Origin: Sedimentisphaerales bacterium | GTDB taxonomy: Bacteria > Planctomycetota > Phycisphaerae > Sedimentisphaerales > Anaerobacaceae | Assembly: GCA_016930645.1 (NCBI GenBank) | Contig: JAFGGH010000026.1 | Span: 3,642 to 67,641 of the forward strand | Direction: 5' to 3' | Length of the DNA: 64,000 bases | Part shown: positions 1-9,503 of the stretch, one piece after another | Numbering within the stretch: position 1 is the first letter of the stretch | Layout: each line of letters opens with the position of its first letter | The notes under the pieces: model-generated | Told to the model about the DNA's origin: nothing | Databases searched by the model: none | What the model saw: the letters and a program-made list of their open reading frames with translations, nothing else | Position numbers and translations under genes: made by a program

Positions 1-10
1 CCTGCTCAGA

Positions 11-1417
11 ATGCTCCATCATTACCGCTTTACAGAAAAACAGTTGCTGCTTTCTCCCCCTTCGGAGGCGGCTGCGGTGTCTGATGCGAATAATGCCGAC
101 ACTATGTGGATTCCCGCAACAGAGCCGGAGTATGGAAAAGTTATTTCTTCCCTCACTGAAAACCAGCAGGAATTAATCACAAGGCTCAGAAAGCGGGAAA
201 CCGAAGACCACGCCGTAAGCTTTACCACTCGTGACGGCACCCTTTACGCCGATTACGTTCGGATATTCAGGGCAGATCAGTTTTATCCTCCGGGCGGTAC
301 CATGCCTTTCAGCCACAATCAAATTGTCGGGGTAGCCGTAATCAGCAGGCCTGCCAGTGAGTTTAGTTTTGTCGAAACGAAGCTTTGGAATATTATCTGG
401 ACTATCTTTTCCGGGCTTATTGCGTTCGCAGGTGCCGTAATCGCCTTCTACTGGATTACCCAGAGGGTGATTTTAAGGCCTATCAGGCAACTGCGGGCAC
501 TGGCGAACAACGTCGCCGAGGGTAACCTCGATATACGAAGCTCGATTAGCACCCGCGATGAATACGAAAAGCTCGCCGAGGCTTTTAACCACATGCTTGA
601 CGGTCTGCAGGAAACTCAGCAGCGCCTTCGCAACTCGAACAAACAACTCGATGAAAAAATCGCCGAGCTGAGCAAACGCAACATTGAGCTGTTTAAAGCC
701 AACAAAGTCAAAGGTGAATTTCTCGCAAATATGTCCCACGAGTTCCGCACTCCCTTAAATTCAATCCTTGGTTTTGCCGATATCCTGAAGACAAAAGCTA
801 CAGGCCCGAATAAGGAAAAAACCGAAAGATACTCCGAGAACATAATCACCGCAGGGAAAACGCTGCTCAATATGATTAACGACCTGCTCGATTTGGCCAA
901 AACAGAAGCAGGCAAAATGAAAATTCATATCGAAAAAGGCTCGGCTAAAGGATTATGCGATGAGCTTGTCTCATCGTTTTCGGTAATGACAAAAAACAAG
1001 AAAATTAAAGTTCGTCTGACTGTTGAGGATAATATCCCCGACCTTAATACCGACATCGGCAAGGTTCGACAGATACTCTATAATTTTATGAGTAACGCCG
1101 TTAAATTCACTCCCGAAAAAGGCAGAATCGAAATCAACGCTGGCGTAACCGAAGAAAGGATGGTTCGCTTTTCAGTAAAGGACAACGGCTGCGGCATAGC
1201 AAAAGAGGATCAGCAGGCCATTTTCGAAAAATTCAGACAGGCCGACGGCTCTATTATTCGCAGAAGTGAAGGCTCAGGCCTGGGACTGGCTCTTAGTAAA
1301 GAGCTTTCCATTCTGCTTGCAGGCACTGTCGGCCTGGAGAGTGAGCCTGATAAAGGCGCGACATTCCGGCTGACAATTCCCGTCACCCTCGCTCCAAAAG
1401 AAGAAAACAAGCAATAA
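11..1417 (+). CDS. Sensor histidine kinase (sensor region - TM - HAMP - HisKA - HATPase_c); probably 5'-truncated by the window edge
   Basis: H-box SHEFRTPLNSILGF; N-box YNFMSNAVKFT; G-boxes DNGCGI and GSGLGLALS; TM segment IIWTIFSGLIAFAGAVIAFYWI followed by a HAMP-like region. The frame stays open upstream of the ATG to nt 2. Confidence 0.85.
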   Translation: MLHHYRFTEKQLLLSPPSEAAAVSDANNADTMWIPATEPEYGKVISSLTENQQELITRLRKRETEDHAVSFTTRDGTLYADYVRIFRADQFYPPGGTMPFSHNQIVGVAVISRPASEFSFVETKLWNIIWTIFSGLIAFAGAVIAFYWITQRVILRPIRQLRALANNVAEGNLDIRSSISTRDEYEKLAEAFNHMLDGLQETQQRLRNSNKQLDEKIAELSKRNIELFKANKVKGEFLANMSHEFRTPLNSILGFADILKTKATGPNKEKTERYSENIITAGKTLLNMINDLLDLAKTEAGKMKIHIEKGSAKGLCDELVSSFSVMTKNKKIKVRLTVEDNIPDLNTDIGKVRQILYNFMSNAVKFTPEKGRIEINAGVTEERMVRFSVKDNGCGIAKEDQQAIFEKFRQADGSIIRRSEGSGLGLALSKELSILLAGTVGLESEPDKGATFRLTIPVTLAPKEENKQ

Positions 1418-1742
1418 TAACCATTTATTAAAATTTCATATATTTTTTTTAAGATTTTTCTTGCAATCCATATCGCCTATAGTGTAATATATAGGTCAGT
1501 TTGGAAGGCAGACAAATATTATAATTTGTTATTGTCATAATTAGTCATATTCATATCATACCTGCCTTCCTCAAAAATTGAGCTGTTTGACATTTCAGGC
1601 TAGTATTTCGTGTATTTTGCATTGCGGAGGCCTTGCAAGATGCGTCAAAGAGGAAAAAAGCAGTTTAACACCGTTAAAATGGGGCAGGCTGGGAGTCTGC
1701 GCCGTTATTATACATTCATATCTATTTTGAAAGGGCAGGAAA

Positions 1743-4415
1743 ATGAAAATCGCAATCATCAAATCAATTCTAATTAGCTGTTTATTTTTAACCGCCGTCA
1801 GTTATGCCAAGTACTCCGGCGGTAACGGCGAAGCAAAAAACCCGTATCTGATTTCCACTCCTGAGGACTTAAACTCTATTGGCGACAATTCCAGCGACTG
1901 GTCAAAACATTTCAAAATGACCGCCGATATCAATATGGCTGATTACTCTTACACCACCGCAGTTATTGCTCCCGACGTGTGTGAATCGTCTTGGTTCCAG
2001 GGGACACCATTCACTGGTATCTTTAACGGCAACAATCACACAATTTTTTCAATTCTTATCGACGACAAAGGGGTGGGAAATGACTACTTAGGCCTGTTCG
2101 GACAGCTTGGCCAGGGCTGTATTGTAAAAAATCTCAAAATTGCCGATATAAATATCACCGGCGGTGATAATTCAAATTACATCGGCGGCCTGTGCGGAGT
2201 AAATACCTCTGGCCCAACCGGCTATGGCACAATCAGCAACTGCAATGTAACCGGCTCTGTTTCCGGCGGTGATTATTCACAGTGGCTCGGTGGACTTTGC
2301 GGACGGAATTGCGGAATAATCAGCGATTGCTTCTCAACTGGCTCTGTCATCGCCGGTAAAGGTTCGGAATGCCTTGGCGGCCTGTGCGGCGAAGGATATA
2401 GCTACTATAGTACAATCAACTATTGTTTCTCAACTAGCTCTACCACTGGTGGTGTCGCTTCGCATCGTCTTGGCGGTCTATGCGGATACAATTACGCCAG
2501 TACTATTACTAACTGTTATGCAACCGGCTTTGTTACCGGCGGTGATAATTCATCTATGCTCGGTGGCCTGTGTGGAGTAAATAGGAACAGCACAAATAGG
2601 TACGGCATAATAATCAACTGCTATGCAACCGGCCCGGTTACAGGCGATGAATCCCTCGGCGGCCTGTGTGGTGAAAATGGTGGAAAACCGGTTATCTCCA
2701 GCTATTTCCTTAATCCTAATGACGGTGGCGGCCCTGATAACGGATTTGGAACTCCACTTACAGATGAACAAATGAAATTAAAAAGCAGCTTTGTCAACTG
2801 GGACTTCGATACCCCCATCTGGACGATTAAAGAGAGAAGGGATTATCCTCATTTATGGTGGTATGAGACTGTTTCCAGGACTTTTTACGTTGATGCCAAC
2901 GGAACTGGCGACTACCCCACAATCCAGGCCGCTATCGATGCCATCAACGATGGCGACGAAATTGTTTTATTGCCGGGCGTTTACACCGGCGATGGAAACC
3001 GAGACATCGATTTTCTTGGCAAAAAAATTACTGTTCGAAGTACAGACCCTAACGACCCCAATATCGTAGCTTCAACTGTTATTGAAGGTAAAAACAATCG
3101 TTATGACCCTCATAGGGGCTTTTTGTTTAACAGTGATGAATCATTTACTTCAGTCTTGTCAGGTATCACAATCAGAAACTTTAATTATCTTCAGAATGGA
3201 GAAGGTGGAGCAATATTATGTGAAGGCGCCAGCCCGTGGATTGAAAAATGTCATATCGAAAATAATGCTGCTGCGTATGGTGCAATCGCTCTGATTGACA
3301 GCAACGCAGTGATTTCAAAGTGTTATGTCCACAATAATTATTCTGCAGGTTGCGGCAGCGGTGCAGCAGGCATATTCATTAGTGGTGGAAATGTACTAGT
3401 CGAGAATAGTGTAATAACACAAAATAAAGCTAGAGACCGTTATGGGGGAGGCATTGGATTATTTGGCGATGCGCCATATTATCATGGCAATATAGGACAT
3501 TTAACTATATCCAACTGTCTAATAGCGGGAAACTCCGCTTCTTGTGGCGGCGGAGTCGACTGCAGAGGTTACTCTACTATAGCAATGCAATCTTGTACTA
3601 TTATCGAAAATAAGGCTCACTATGGTGGTGGTATTAACCTCGAAACATCTGAATTAGAAATGTCTAATTGCATTCTTTACGGTAATGTTGCTACTTCTGG
3701 GCCTCAGGCAAATTTGTATGGGTCACATGATTACACGTCTCGACTTGCCATGCGTTATTGTGACATCCAGCACTCAGATAAAGAGCCTGGGATTAAAGTA
3801 AGCTGGAATGGAAAGTATGAATTCGAAGTTGGAAACATATTCACTGATCCCTGCTTTATTGATCCTGGCCATTGGGATCCAAACGTTCATCCTCATCCAT
3901 CAGATGACTTCTGGCTTGAAGGGGATTATCATCTTAAACCAGAATCGCTTTGCATCAACGCAGGCGATCCGAATTATGTTCTTGAGCCCAATTGCCCCAA
4001 TGATTTAGACGGCAATCCGCGAGTCAGCGAAGGCAGAATTGATATGGGGTGCTATGAGTTCCAGGCGCCCCAATGTCTAAATGCAAGGCTGTTTATGATT
4101 CCAAAGGCTTTGAATCCAAAGGTTAGACGGAGAATGTGTTTTGCGATGTTCATTCTGCCGCAGGGCATATCGGCCTCCGACTTCGACCGTACTGAAAAAC
4201 TTATGTTCTATCCGTGCGAATTACAATCCCGTTACCAGTTCGCATTCGATATTAAACGCGGCCACCATTCAATTACTTATATCCTCGGCGTATTCGACCT
4301 GAGACAGCTCTGCGGCCTGTTAGGCCCGGGCCGGCATGAAGTCGAAGTGGTAGGCTGGCTCAAAGATGACCGCTGCTTCTCCGGCAGCGATACCATAAAA
4401 GTAGTCCCTAAATAA
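1743..4415 (+). CDS. Secreted GLUG-motif repeat / right-handed parallel beta-helix protein
   Basis: N-terminal signal-like peptide. About 8 iterations of xLGGLCG (GLUG-type repeat). Central beta-helix-type repeats (ISNCLIAGNSA, MQSCTIIENKA, MSNCILYGN) and the typical ...DLDGNPRVSEGRIDMGCYEF ending of a beta-helix region. Confidence 0.7.
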   Translation: MKIAIIKSILISCLFLTAVSYAKYSGGNGEAKNPYLISTPEDLNSIGDNSSDWSKHFKMTADINMADYSYTTAVIAPDVCESSWFQGTPFTGIFNGNNHTIFSILIDDKGVGNDYLGLFGQLGQGCIVKNLKIADINITGGDNSNYIGGLCGVNTSGPTGYGTISNCNVTGSVSGGDYSQWLGGLCGRNCGIISDCFSTGSVIAGKGSECLGGLCGEGYSYYSTINYCFSTSSTTGGVASHRLGGLCGYNYASTITNCYATGFVTGGDNSSMLGGLCGVNRNSTNRYGIIINCYATGPVTGDESLGGLCGENGGKPVISSYFLNPNDGGGPDNGFGTPLTDEQMKLKSSFVNWDFDTPIWTIKERRDYPHLWWYETVSRTFYVDANGTGDYPTIQAAIDAINDGDEIVLLPGVYTGDGNRDIDFLGKKITVRSTDPNDPNIVASTVIEGKNNRYDPHRGFLFNSDESFTSVLSGITIRNFNYLQNGEGGAILCEGASPWIEKCHIENNAAAYGAIALIDSNAVISKCYVHNNYSAGCGSGAAGIFISGGNVLVENSVITQNKARDRYGGGIGLFGDAPYYHGNIGHLTISNCLIAGNSASCGGGVDCRGYSTIAMQSCTIIENKAHYGGGINLETSELEMSNCILYGNVATSGPQANLYGSHDYTSRLAMRYCDIQHSDKEPGIKVSWNGKYEFEVGNIFTDPCFIDPGHWDPNVHPHPSDDFWLEGDYHLKPESLCINAGDPNYVLEPNCPNDLDGNPRVSEGRIDMGCYEFQAPQCLNARLFMIPKALNPKVRRRMCFAMFILPQGISASDFDRTEKLMFYPCELQSRYQFAFDIKRGHHSITYILGVFDLRQLCGLLGPGRHEVEVVGWLKDDRCFSGSDTIKVVPK

Positions 4416-4455
4416 TTAAAACGTTGGGAACCGATGGGAAAGAAGGTTTCATAAC

Positions 4456-4487
4456 GGCGCAGCGCTTCAGTGCGGAGGCGCTGCGCC
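4456..4487 (+). terminator. Hairpin downstream of the GLUG/beta-helix gene (possible terminator)
   Basis: Perfect 10-bp stem GGCGCAGCGC (4456-4465) / GCGCTGCGCC (4478-4487) with a 12-nt loop, followed by A/T-rich atatatttaatt. There is no clean U-tract. Confidence 0.4.
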
Positions 4488-4531
4488 ATATATTTAATTA
4501 AAGCTCCCTTCCACTACAACAAAATTAAGCT

Positions 4532-4559
4532 TTGTAAATCGGATTTTGCAGGATATAAT
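4532..4559 (+). promoter_or_regulatory. Sigma-70-like promoter upstream of coaD
   Basis: TTGTAA (4532-4537), 16-nt spacer, TATAAT (4554-4559). Confidence 0.4.
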
Positions 4560-4602
4560 AAAGATTACAATTATGCCGACGCAGTCGGTTTCAATGAACG
4601 AC

Positions 4603-4622
4603 ATACAACATACGATATACGA
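4603..4622 (+). repeat. 20-nt repeat ATACAACATACGATATACGA (copy 1, upstream of coaD)
   Basis: Identical 20-mer at 6196-6215. A related inverted copy is at 10796-10813. Confidence 0.8.
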
Positions 4623-4646
4623 GCGACGAGTAAACTGAGGTGATTT

Positions 4647-5159
4647 ATGGCAAGAAAATACGTACGAGCTATATTCCCGGGTTCATTTGACCCGATTACA
4701 AACGGCCATCTGGACGTTATACAACGAGGTATCAACCTGTTCGATGAGCTGATAGTCGCTGTCGGCAGAAGTCCGATTAAAAATCCGCTCTTTACGCCTG
4801 ACGAACGCGTCGAAATGATAAGAGAGCTTGTAAAGGACATCCCCGGTGTTACCGTTGAGGGTTTCGAATGTCTTACCGTCGAGTACGCCGCTCAGAAAAA
4901 AGCCGACGTCATCCTCCGAGGCCTGCGAAGCCTCACCGATGTCCAGTACGAATTCCAGCTCGCAATGACCAACAGGGCTGTTGCCGGTATCGAGACCATT
5001 TTTGTGATGACCTCGGCGCAGTACGGCTTTACCACTTCGACAATGATTAGGGAAGTCGCTGCCTTAGGAGGCGATGTGTCTAACCTGATTCCGAAAAATG
5101 TTTACGAAAGACTTCGCAGGAGATTGAAAGAAACAGGCAGACTGAACGAATCAAAGTAA
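4647..5159 (+). CDS. coaD: Phosphopantetheine adenylyltransferase
   Basis: AIFPGSFDPITNGHLDVIQRG (T/HxGH nucleotidyltransferase motif). Size of 170 aa is typical for CoaD. Confidence 0.9.
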   Translation: MARKYVRAIFPGSFDPITNGHLDVIQRGINLFDELIVAVGRSPIKNPLFTPDERVEMIRELVKDIPGVTVEGFECLTVEYAAQKKADVILRGLRSLTDVQYEFQLAMTNRAVAGIETIFVMTSAQYGFTTSTMIREVAALGGDVSNLIPKNVYERLRRRLKETGRLNESK

Positions 5160-5176
5160 CGGCAGGGGGCTAAAGC

Positions 5177-5542
5177 GTGTATTCCATAACCGTGCAAACT
5201 CATTTCTGGGCAGGCCACAGTGTACAGTTACCCGACGGTTCGAATGAACCTGTGCACAATCATAACTTTGCTGTATCAGCAAAGGTCTCGGCGGAAAAAT
5301 TAAACGATAAAAATATGGTAATGGATTTTCTCGATTTAGCCAAACCGCTCGACGAAACAGCAAACAAGCTAAGCGGCAAAAATCTCGGCCGGATTGAATA
5401 TTTCCGACAAAAAGGCCAGACCGCAGAAGTGATAGCTGAATATTTTTATGAAAAATTTGAAAAAATCCTCACCGGTAATGTCAAACTCGACCATATAACG
5501 GTTGCCGAATCCCACGGCTGCACGGGTATATTTTCAGGATAA
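5177..5542 (+). CDS. 6-pyruvoyl-tetrahydropterin synthase / QueD-family protein (GTG start)
   Basis: About 120 aa with the His pattern FWAGH...VHNHNF, resembling the Zn-binding His triad of the PTPS/QueD fold. No obvious catalytic Cys before the HxH, so the subfamily is uncertain. Confidence 0.55.
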   Translation: MYSITVQTHFWAGHSVQLPDGSNEPVHNHNFAVSAKVSAEKLNDKNMVMDFLDLAKPLDETANKLSGKNLGRIEYFRQKGQTAEVIAEYFYEKFEKILTGNVKLDHITVAESHGCTGIFSG

Positions 5543-5663
5543 AAAATCTCACCTGTAGTAAGAGTCGAAAATTGACGATTTATTACTGCGGCAGCGGCTT
5601 TTTGGCCGATAGACCAATAATATCGGGTTTTTATAAAGTATTGTGCTGAAACACCTTGATTTC

Positions 5664-5672
5664 TGATATAAT
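5664..5672 (+). promoter_or_regulatory. Extended -10 element (TGaTATAAT) upstream of mcsA
   Basis: TG at 5664-5665 and TATAAT at 5667-5672, about 24 nt before the mcsA ATG. No good -35 element. Confidence 0.3.
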
Positions 5673-5695
5673 AGGCCAATAGAAGGACAGACTTT

Positions 5696-6193
5696 ATGCT
5701 GTGCCAGATTTGCAAAGAACACGAAGCGACTATACACCTGACCGAGATATCCGACGGCAAAAGGGTCGAAATGCACCTTTGCCAGGGCTGTGCCGTCGAG
5801 CAGGGAATCGCCGCCAAGAGCCAGATGTCACTCAACGAGCTGCTCAGCAACCTGCTCGCCTCGGCTCCGGCGGATGATGAAATCGCTATCGACTCACAAA
5901 AAGATGTCGTCTGTCCCTGCTGTGGTTATACTCTCGAGCAGTTCAGAAAGGAATCCCTGTTAGGCTGTCCGAACGACTACGAAGTCTTTGAAAAGGCGCT
6001 GACACCTCTGATTGAAAAGGCCCACCAGTCAAGCACGACACACTGCGGTAAAGTTCCGGTAAGCGCTCCTGCTGATACGAAAAGACAGACCGAATTACTC
6101 GCAATGAAGCAGAAACTCGAAACGTCTATAAAAGCCGAAGACTATGAAACTGCCGCTCATTTGCGGGACAAAATAAACAAACTCGAAAATTAA
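5696..6193 (+). CDS. mcsA: McsA-like zinc-finger / UVR-domain activator of protein arginine kinase
   Basis: N-terminal CxxC...CxxC (CQICKEH...CQGCA), a second CPCCGYT motif, and a C-terminal UVR-like EDYETAAHLRDKINKLE. It lies directly upstream of mcsB. Confidence 0.8.
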   Translation: MLCQICKEHEATIHLTEISDGKRVEMHLCQGCAVEQGIAAKSQMSLNELLSNLLASAPADDEIAIDSQKDVVCPCCGYTLEQFRKESLLGCPNDYEVFEKALTPLIEKAHQSSTTHCGKVPVSAPADTKRQTELLAMKQKLETSIKAEDYETAAHLRDKINKLEN

Positions 6194-6195
6194 AT

Positions 6196-6215
6196 ATACA
6201 ACATACGATATACGA
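6196..6215 (+). repeat. 20-nt repeat ATACAACATACGATATACGA (copy 2, abutting the mcsB start)
   Basis: Identical to 4603-4622. It ends 2 nt before the mcsB ATG. Confidence 0.8.
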
Positions 6216-6217
6216 AT

Positions 6218-7339
6218 ATGAAACTGACTGACATAAGCAATGATGTAAACGAATGGTTCAACGGAACAGGTCCGTTGGCAGACGTCGTTATTTCAAGCAG
6301 GATACGCCTTGCGCGGAACCTGGCAGGGCATAAATTTCTCACACGATGCAGCGATGAGGAAAAAACACAAATCCTCGAAAAGCTAAGGCAGGTTGTAATG
6401 GCGCTCGATTTGGGTGACAAGATTTTTTATATGAGTGTTGATAAAGCTCCCGTCCTCGACAGAAACTTCCTCGTGGAAAGACACCTTATCAGCAGAAACC
6501 ACGCCTTCGGAAAAGGCCCGCGAGGTGCCGTCATCGCTAAAAGCCAGTGCTTTACCGCTATGATAAACGAAGAAGACCACCTCAGATTACAGGTATTAAA
6601 AGCCGGCTTGCAGCTTTCCGCCTGTTACGAGCAGATAAACAAAATCGACGATATGATAGAGAAAAAACTGAAATTCGCCTTCAGTCCGAAATTCGGATAT
6701 CTCACCGCCTGTCCGACAAATCTCGGAACAGGAATCAGAATTTCGGTAATGCTGCATTTGCCTGCTTTGAAAATGACAGGCCAGATTGAGAAATTTCTCA
6801 ACGCCGCCAAAGACCTCGACCTCGCCGTCCGAGGACTCTTTGGAGAAGGCACCGAAGCTACAGGCGATTTCTATCAGCTCTCAAACCAGGTGACTCTCGG
6901 TATCTCAGAGATTGAAATGGTGGAACGTTTTGAGAAAGAGATTATTCCTGAAATCGCCCAGTTCGAACAAGCCGCGAGGAAAAAACTCTTACTGTCTCAA
7001 AGCAGTTTGCTCGATGACAAAATCTCGCGAGCTATGGCCTTGCTGAAAAGTGCTCATCTTATCAGCTCGCAGGAAGCCCTTTTGCTGCTCAGTCATCTTC
7101 GCCTTGGTATCAACATGCACGAGCACATGGGTGCGTTGACGCCCGGCATCGAGAGCATCTATGCATTGGCGGCGGGGGAAGGAAGTTCCGAAAAACTTTC
7201 TATCCGTACGATTAACCGCCTTTTTCTGCTGACCCTGCCCGCACATTTACAGGTAAACAGTGGCAAGATCCTCGACCCTGCCGACCGTGACGCACTTAGA
7301 GCCAAAATCATCCGCTCAACTCTCAGCAGCAACTCATAA
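6218..7339 (+). CDS. mcsB: Protein arginine kinase (ATP:guanido phosphotransferase family)
   Basis: Phosphagen-kinase signature CPTNLGTGIR, EEDHLRLQ and the RGxxGEGT loop. Size and adjacency to mcsA fit. Confidence 0.85.
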   Translation: MKLTDISNDVNEWFNGTGPLADVVISSRIRLARNLAGHKFLTRCSDEEKTQILEKLRQVVMALDLGDKIFYMSVDKAPVLDRNFLVERHLISRNHAFGKGPRGAVIAKSQCFTAMINEEDHLRLQVLKAGLQLSACYEQINKIDDMIEKKLKFAFSPKFGYLTACPTNLGTGIRISVMLHLPALKMTGQIEKFLNAAKDLDLAVRGLFGEGTEATGDFYQLSNQVTLGISEIEMVERFEKEIIPEIAQFEQAARKKLLLSQSSLLDDKISRAMALLKSAHLISSQEALLLLSHLRLGINMHEHMGALTPGIESIYALAAGEGSSEKLSIRTINRLFLLTLPAHLQVNSGKILDPADRDALRAKIIRSTLSSNS

Positions 7340-7456
7340 TTTCCCTGCCAAAATGGCATAATTCACCACAAAACTAATATGTCCCAAAGAAACACTTTTT
7401 TAGTATCCCTTTGATATATAAAGACTTATGTTATAAGCCCTGCGGATTCGGCCTGC

Positions 7457-7472
7457 TGGCACAGCTTTTGCG
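7457..7472 (+). promoter_or_regulatory. Sigma-54 (-24/-12) type promoter upstream of dnaK
   Basis: TGGCACagcttTTGCg with GG at 7458-7459 and GC at 7470-7471 (GG-N10-GC). It lies about 55 nt upstream of the dnaK ATG. Confidence 0.5.
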
Positions 7473-7525
7473 AACATATTACCATGATAGTTTTATAAAT
7501 AGATTTGAGCGAAAGGAAGCAGCTT

Positions 7526-9475
7526 ATGGCTAAGATAATAGGAATAGATTTAGGAACTACAAACTCGGTCGTCGCCGTTATGGAAGGCTCGGCACCCAAG
7601 GTGCTGGTCAACTCATCCGGCTCACGTATTACTCCTTCTGTGGTCGGGTTCACAGATAAAAACGAGAGGCTGGTCGGGCAGATTGCCAGGCATCAGCAGG
7701 TGACGAATCCGCAGAATACTGTTTTTTCGATTAAGCGGTTTATGGGCAGAAGGCATAACGAGGTCTCCAGCGAAGAAAAACTCGTGCCTTACGGAATCAC
7801 AGGTGGGCCGCAGGAGCTGGTAAAAGTCAAAGTGCGCGAAAAGGAATATACGCCGCCTGAGGTCTCGGCGATGATTCTGCAGGATTTGAAAAAGAGCGCC
7901 GAAGACTATCTCGGCGAGACAATAACACAAGCTGTTATTACAGTACCGGCTTACTTCAACGACGCTCAACGACAAGCCACAAAGGACGCCGGCAAAATCG
8001 CCGGCCTGGAAGTGGAGCGAATCATCAATGAGCCGACCGCGGCGGCACTGGCTTATGGCCTTGAAAAGAAAAAGAACGAAAAAATTGCTGTCTTCGACTT
8101 CGGAGGCGGAACATTCGATATTTCAATCCTCGATATCGGCGATAATGTGTTCGAGGTGCTCAGCACCAACGGCGATACGCACCTCGGCGGTGACGACCTC
8201 GATGAGGTCCTGATTAATTATCTTGCCGATGAGTTCAAAAAGATAGAAGGTATCGACTTGCGTCAGGACCCGATGGCGCATCAGAGACTAAAAGAGGCCG
8301 CTGAAAAATCAAAATGTGAGCTCAGTACCCAGGTCGAAGCGACGGTAAATCTGCCGTTTATCACGGCAGATGCCAGCGGCCCGAAGCATCTGCAGATTAC
8401 AATTACCAGGAGTAAATTCGAGCAGCTTGCCGAACCTATTTTCAACAGGCTGAAAAATCCGTGTATCAAGGCTATTGAAGATGCCAAGCTCAGTTCGAAA
8501 GATATTCAAGAGGTGCTTTTAGTAGGCGGCTCGACACGTATTCCGAAGGTTCAGGCAATAGTCAAATCACTTTTCGGCAAAGAGCCGAACAAGAGCCTTA
8601 ATCCCGATGAAGTTGTCGCTATGGGTGCCGCTATCCAGGGGGCGGTACTGGCAGGGGACGAAGGCGTAAAAGATATTCTGCTTCTCGATGTTACGCCGCT
8701 TTCACTCGGTGTCGAAACGCTTGGCGGCGTTATGACAAAGCTCATTGAAAAGAACACTACTATTCCAACGAGCAAGAAGGAAATCTTCTCCACCGCCGCG
8801 GACAATCAGACGAGCGTGGATATTCATGTCCTGCAGGGCGAAAGAGGGTTCGCAAAAGACAACAGGACGCTTGGAAGGTTCCAGTTGACCGGAATGCCGC
8901 CTGCTCCGAGAGGAATTCCGCAGATTGAAGTGGCATTCGATATCGACGCCAACGGCATACTGAATGTCTCCGCCAGGGACCTGGCGACCGGCAAGGAGCA
9001 GTCGATTAAGATTCAGTCAAGTTCCGGCCTGAGCGACGATGATATTAGCAGGATGACACAGGACGCTGAATCTCACGAAGCCGAAGATAGACAACGCAGA
9101 GAGGTCGTTGACCTTAAGAACCAGGCCGACCAGCTTGTTTACGCGACAGAAAAAACACTTAAAGAGCACGGCGAGAAGGTGTCGGCCCAGGCAAGAGGTA
9201 ATATCGAAAACGCGCTGAATAATCTAAAAGAAGCCGTCAAAGGCGACAACGCAGACGCTATAAAAAAGGCCGTTGAAAACCTCAACAACTCCGCCCAGGA
9301 GCTTGGCAAGGTGCTATACGAAGATGCAGCGAAGAAACAGACCGGACAGGCCCCGCCTCAGGGCGAACCAGGCCCGCAGCCAGAACAACAGCAAGGCCCG
9401 CCGCCCGAAGGCGATGTAAAAAGAAAAAAGGATGACGACGTCATCGACGCAGAGTTCGAAGCGAAGGACGAATAG
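7526..9475 (+). CDS. dnaK: Chaperone DnaK (Hsp70)
   Basis: [14 protein letters not shown]..., DLGGGTFD and the acidic C-terminal tail. The ATG at 7526 follows GGAAG; the upstream TTG at 7505 given by the ORF track is considered less likely. Confidence 0.95.
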   Translation: MAKIIGIDLGTTNSVVAVMEGSAPKVLVNSSGSRITPSVVGFTDKNERLVGQIARHQQVTNPQNTVFSIKRFMGRRHNEVSSEEKLVPYGITGGPQELVKVKVREKEYTPPEVSAMILQDLKKSAEDYLGETITQAVITVPAYFNDAQRQATKDAGKIAGLEVERIINEPTAAALAYGLEKKKNEKIAVFDFGGGTFDISILDIGDNVFEVLSTNGDTHLGGDDLDEVLINYLADEFKKIEGIDLRQDPMAHQRLKEAAEKSKCELSTQVEATVNLPFITADASGPKHLQITITRSKFEQLAEPIFNRLKNPCIKAIEDAKLSSKDIQEVLLVGGSTRIPKVQAIVKSLFGKEPNKSLNPDEVVAMGAAIQGAVLAGDEGVKDILLLDVTPLSLGVETLGGVMTKLIEKNTTIPTSKKEIFSTAADNQTSVDIHVLQGERGFAKDNRTLGRFQLTGMPPAPRGIPQIEVAFDIDANGILNVSARDLATGKEQSIKIQSSSGLSDDDISRMTQDAESHEAEDRQRREVVDLKNQADQLVYATEKTLKEHGEKVSAQARGNIENALNNLKEAVKGDNADAIKKAVENLNNSAQELGKVLYEDAAKKQTGQAPPQGEPGPQPEQQQGPPPEGDVKRKKDDDVIDAEFEAKDE

Positions 9476-9503
9476 CAACCACGGATTGACACGGATTTTT
9501 TTT
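9476..9503 (+). repeat. Two CACGGATT units plus a T-run immediately after the dnaK stop
   Basis: caaCCACGGATTgaCACGGATTttttttt. An inverted three-unit version is at 10637-10670. Confidence 0.6.

Noticed and set aside
7340-7456. CIRCE (HrcA) or CtsR operator upstream of dnaK or mcsA.
   Set aside because: No TTAGCACTC-N9-GAGTGCTAA-like inverted repeat and no tandem GGTCAAA heptads were found by eye.
7505-7525. The TTG at 7505 as the dnaK start codon.
   Set aside because: The ATG at 7526 yields the canonical [15 protein letters not shown]-terminus and has a GGAAG upstream.
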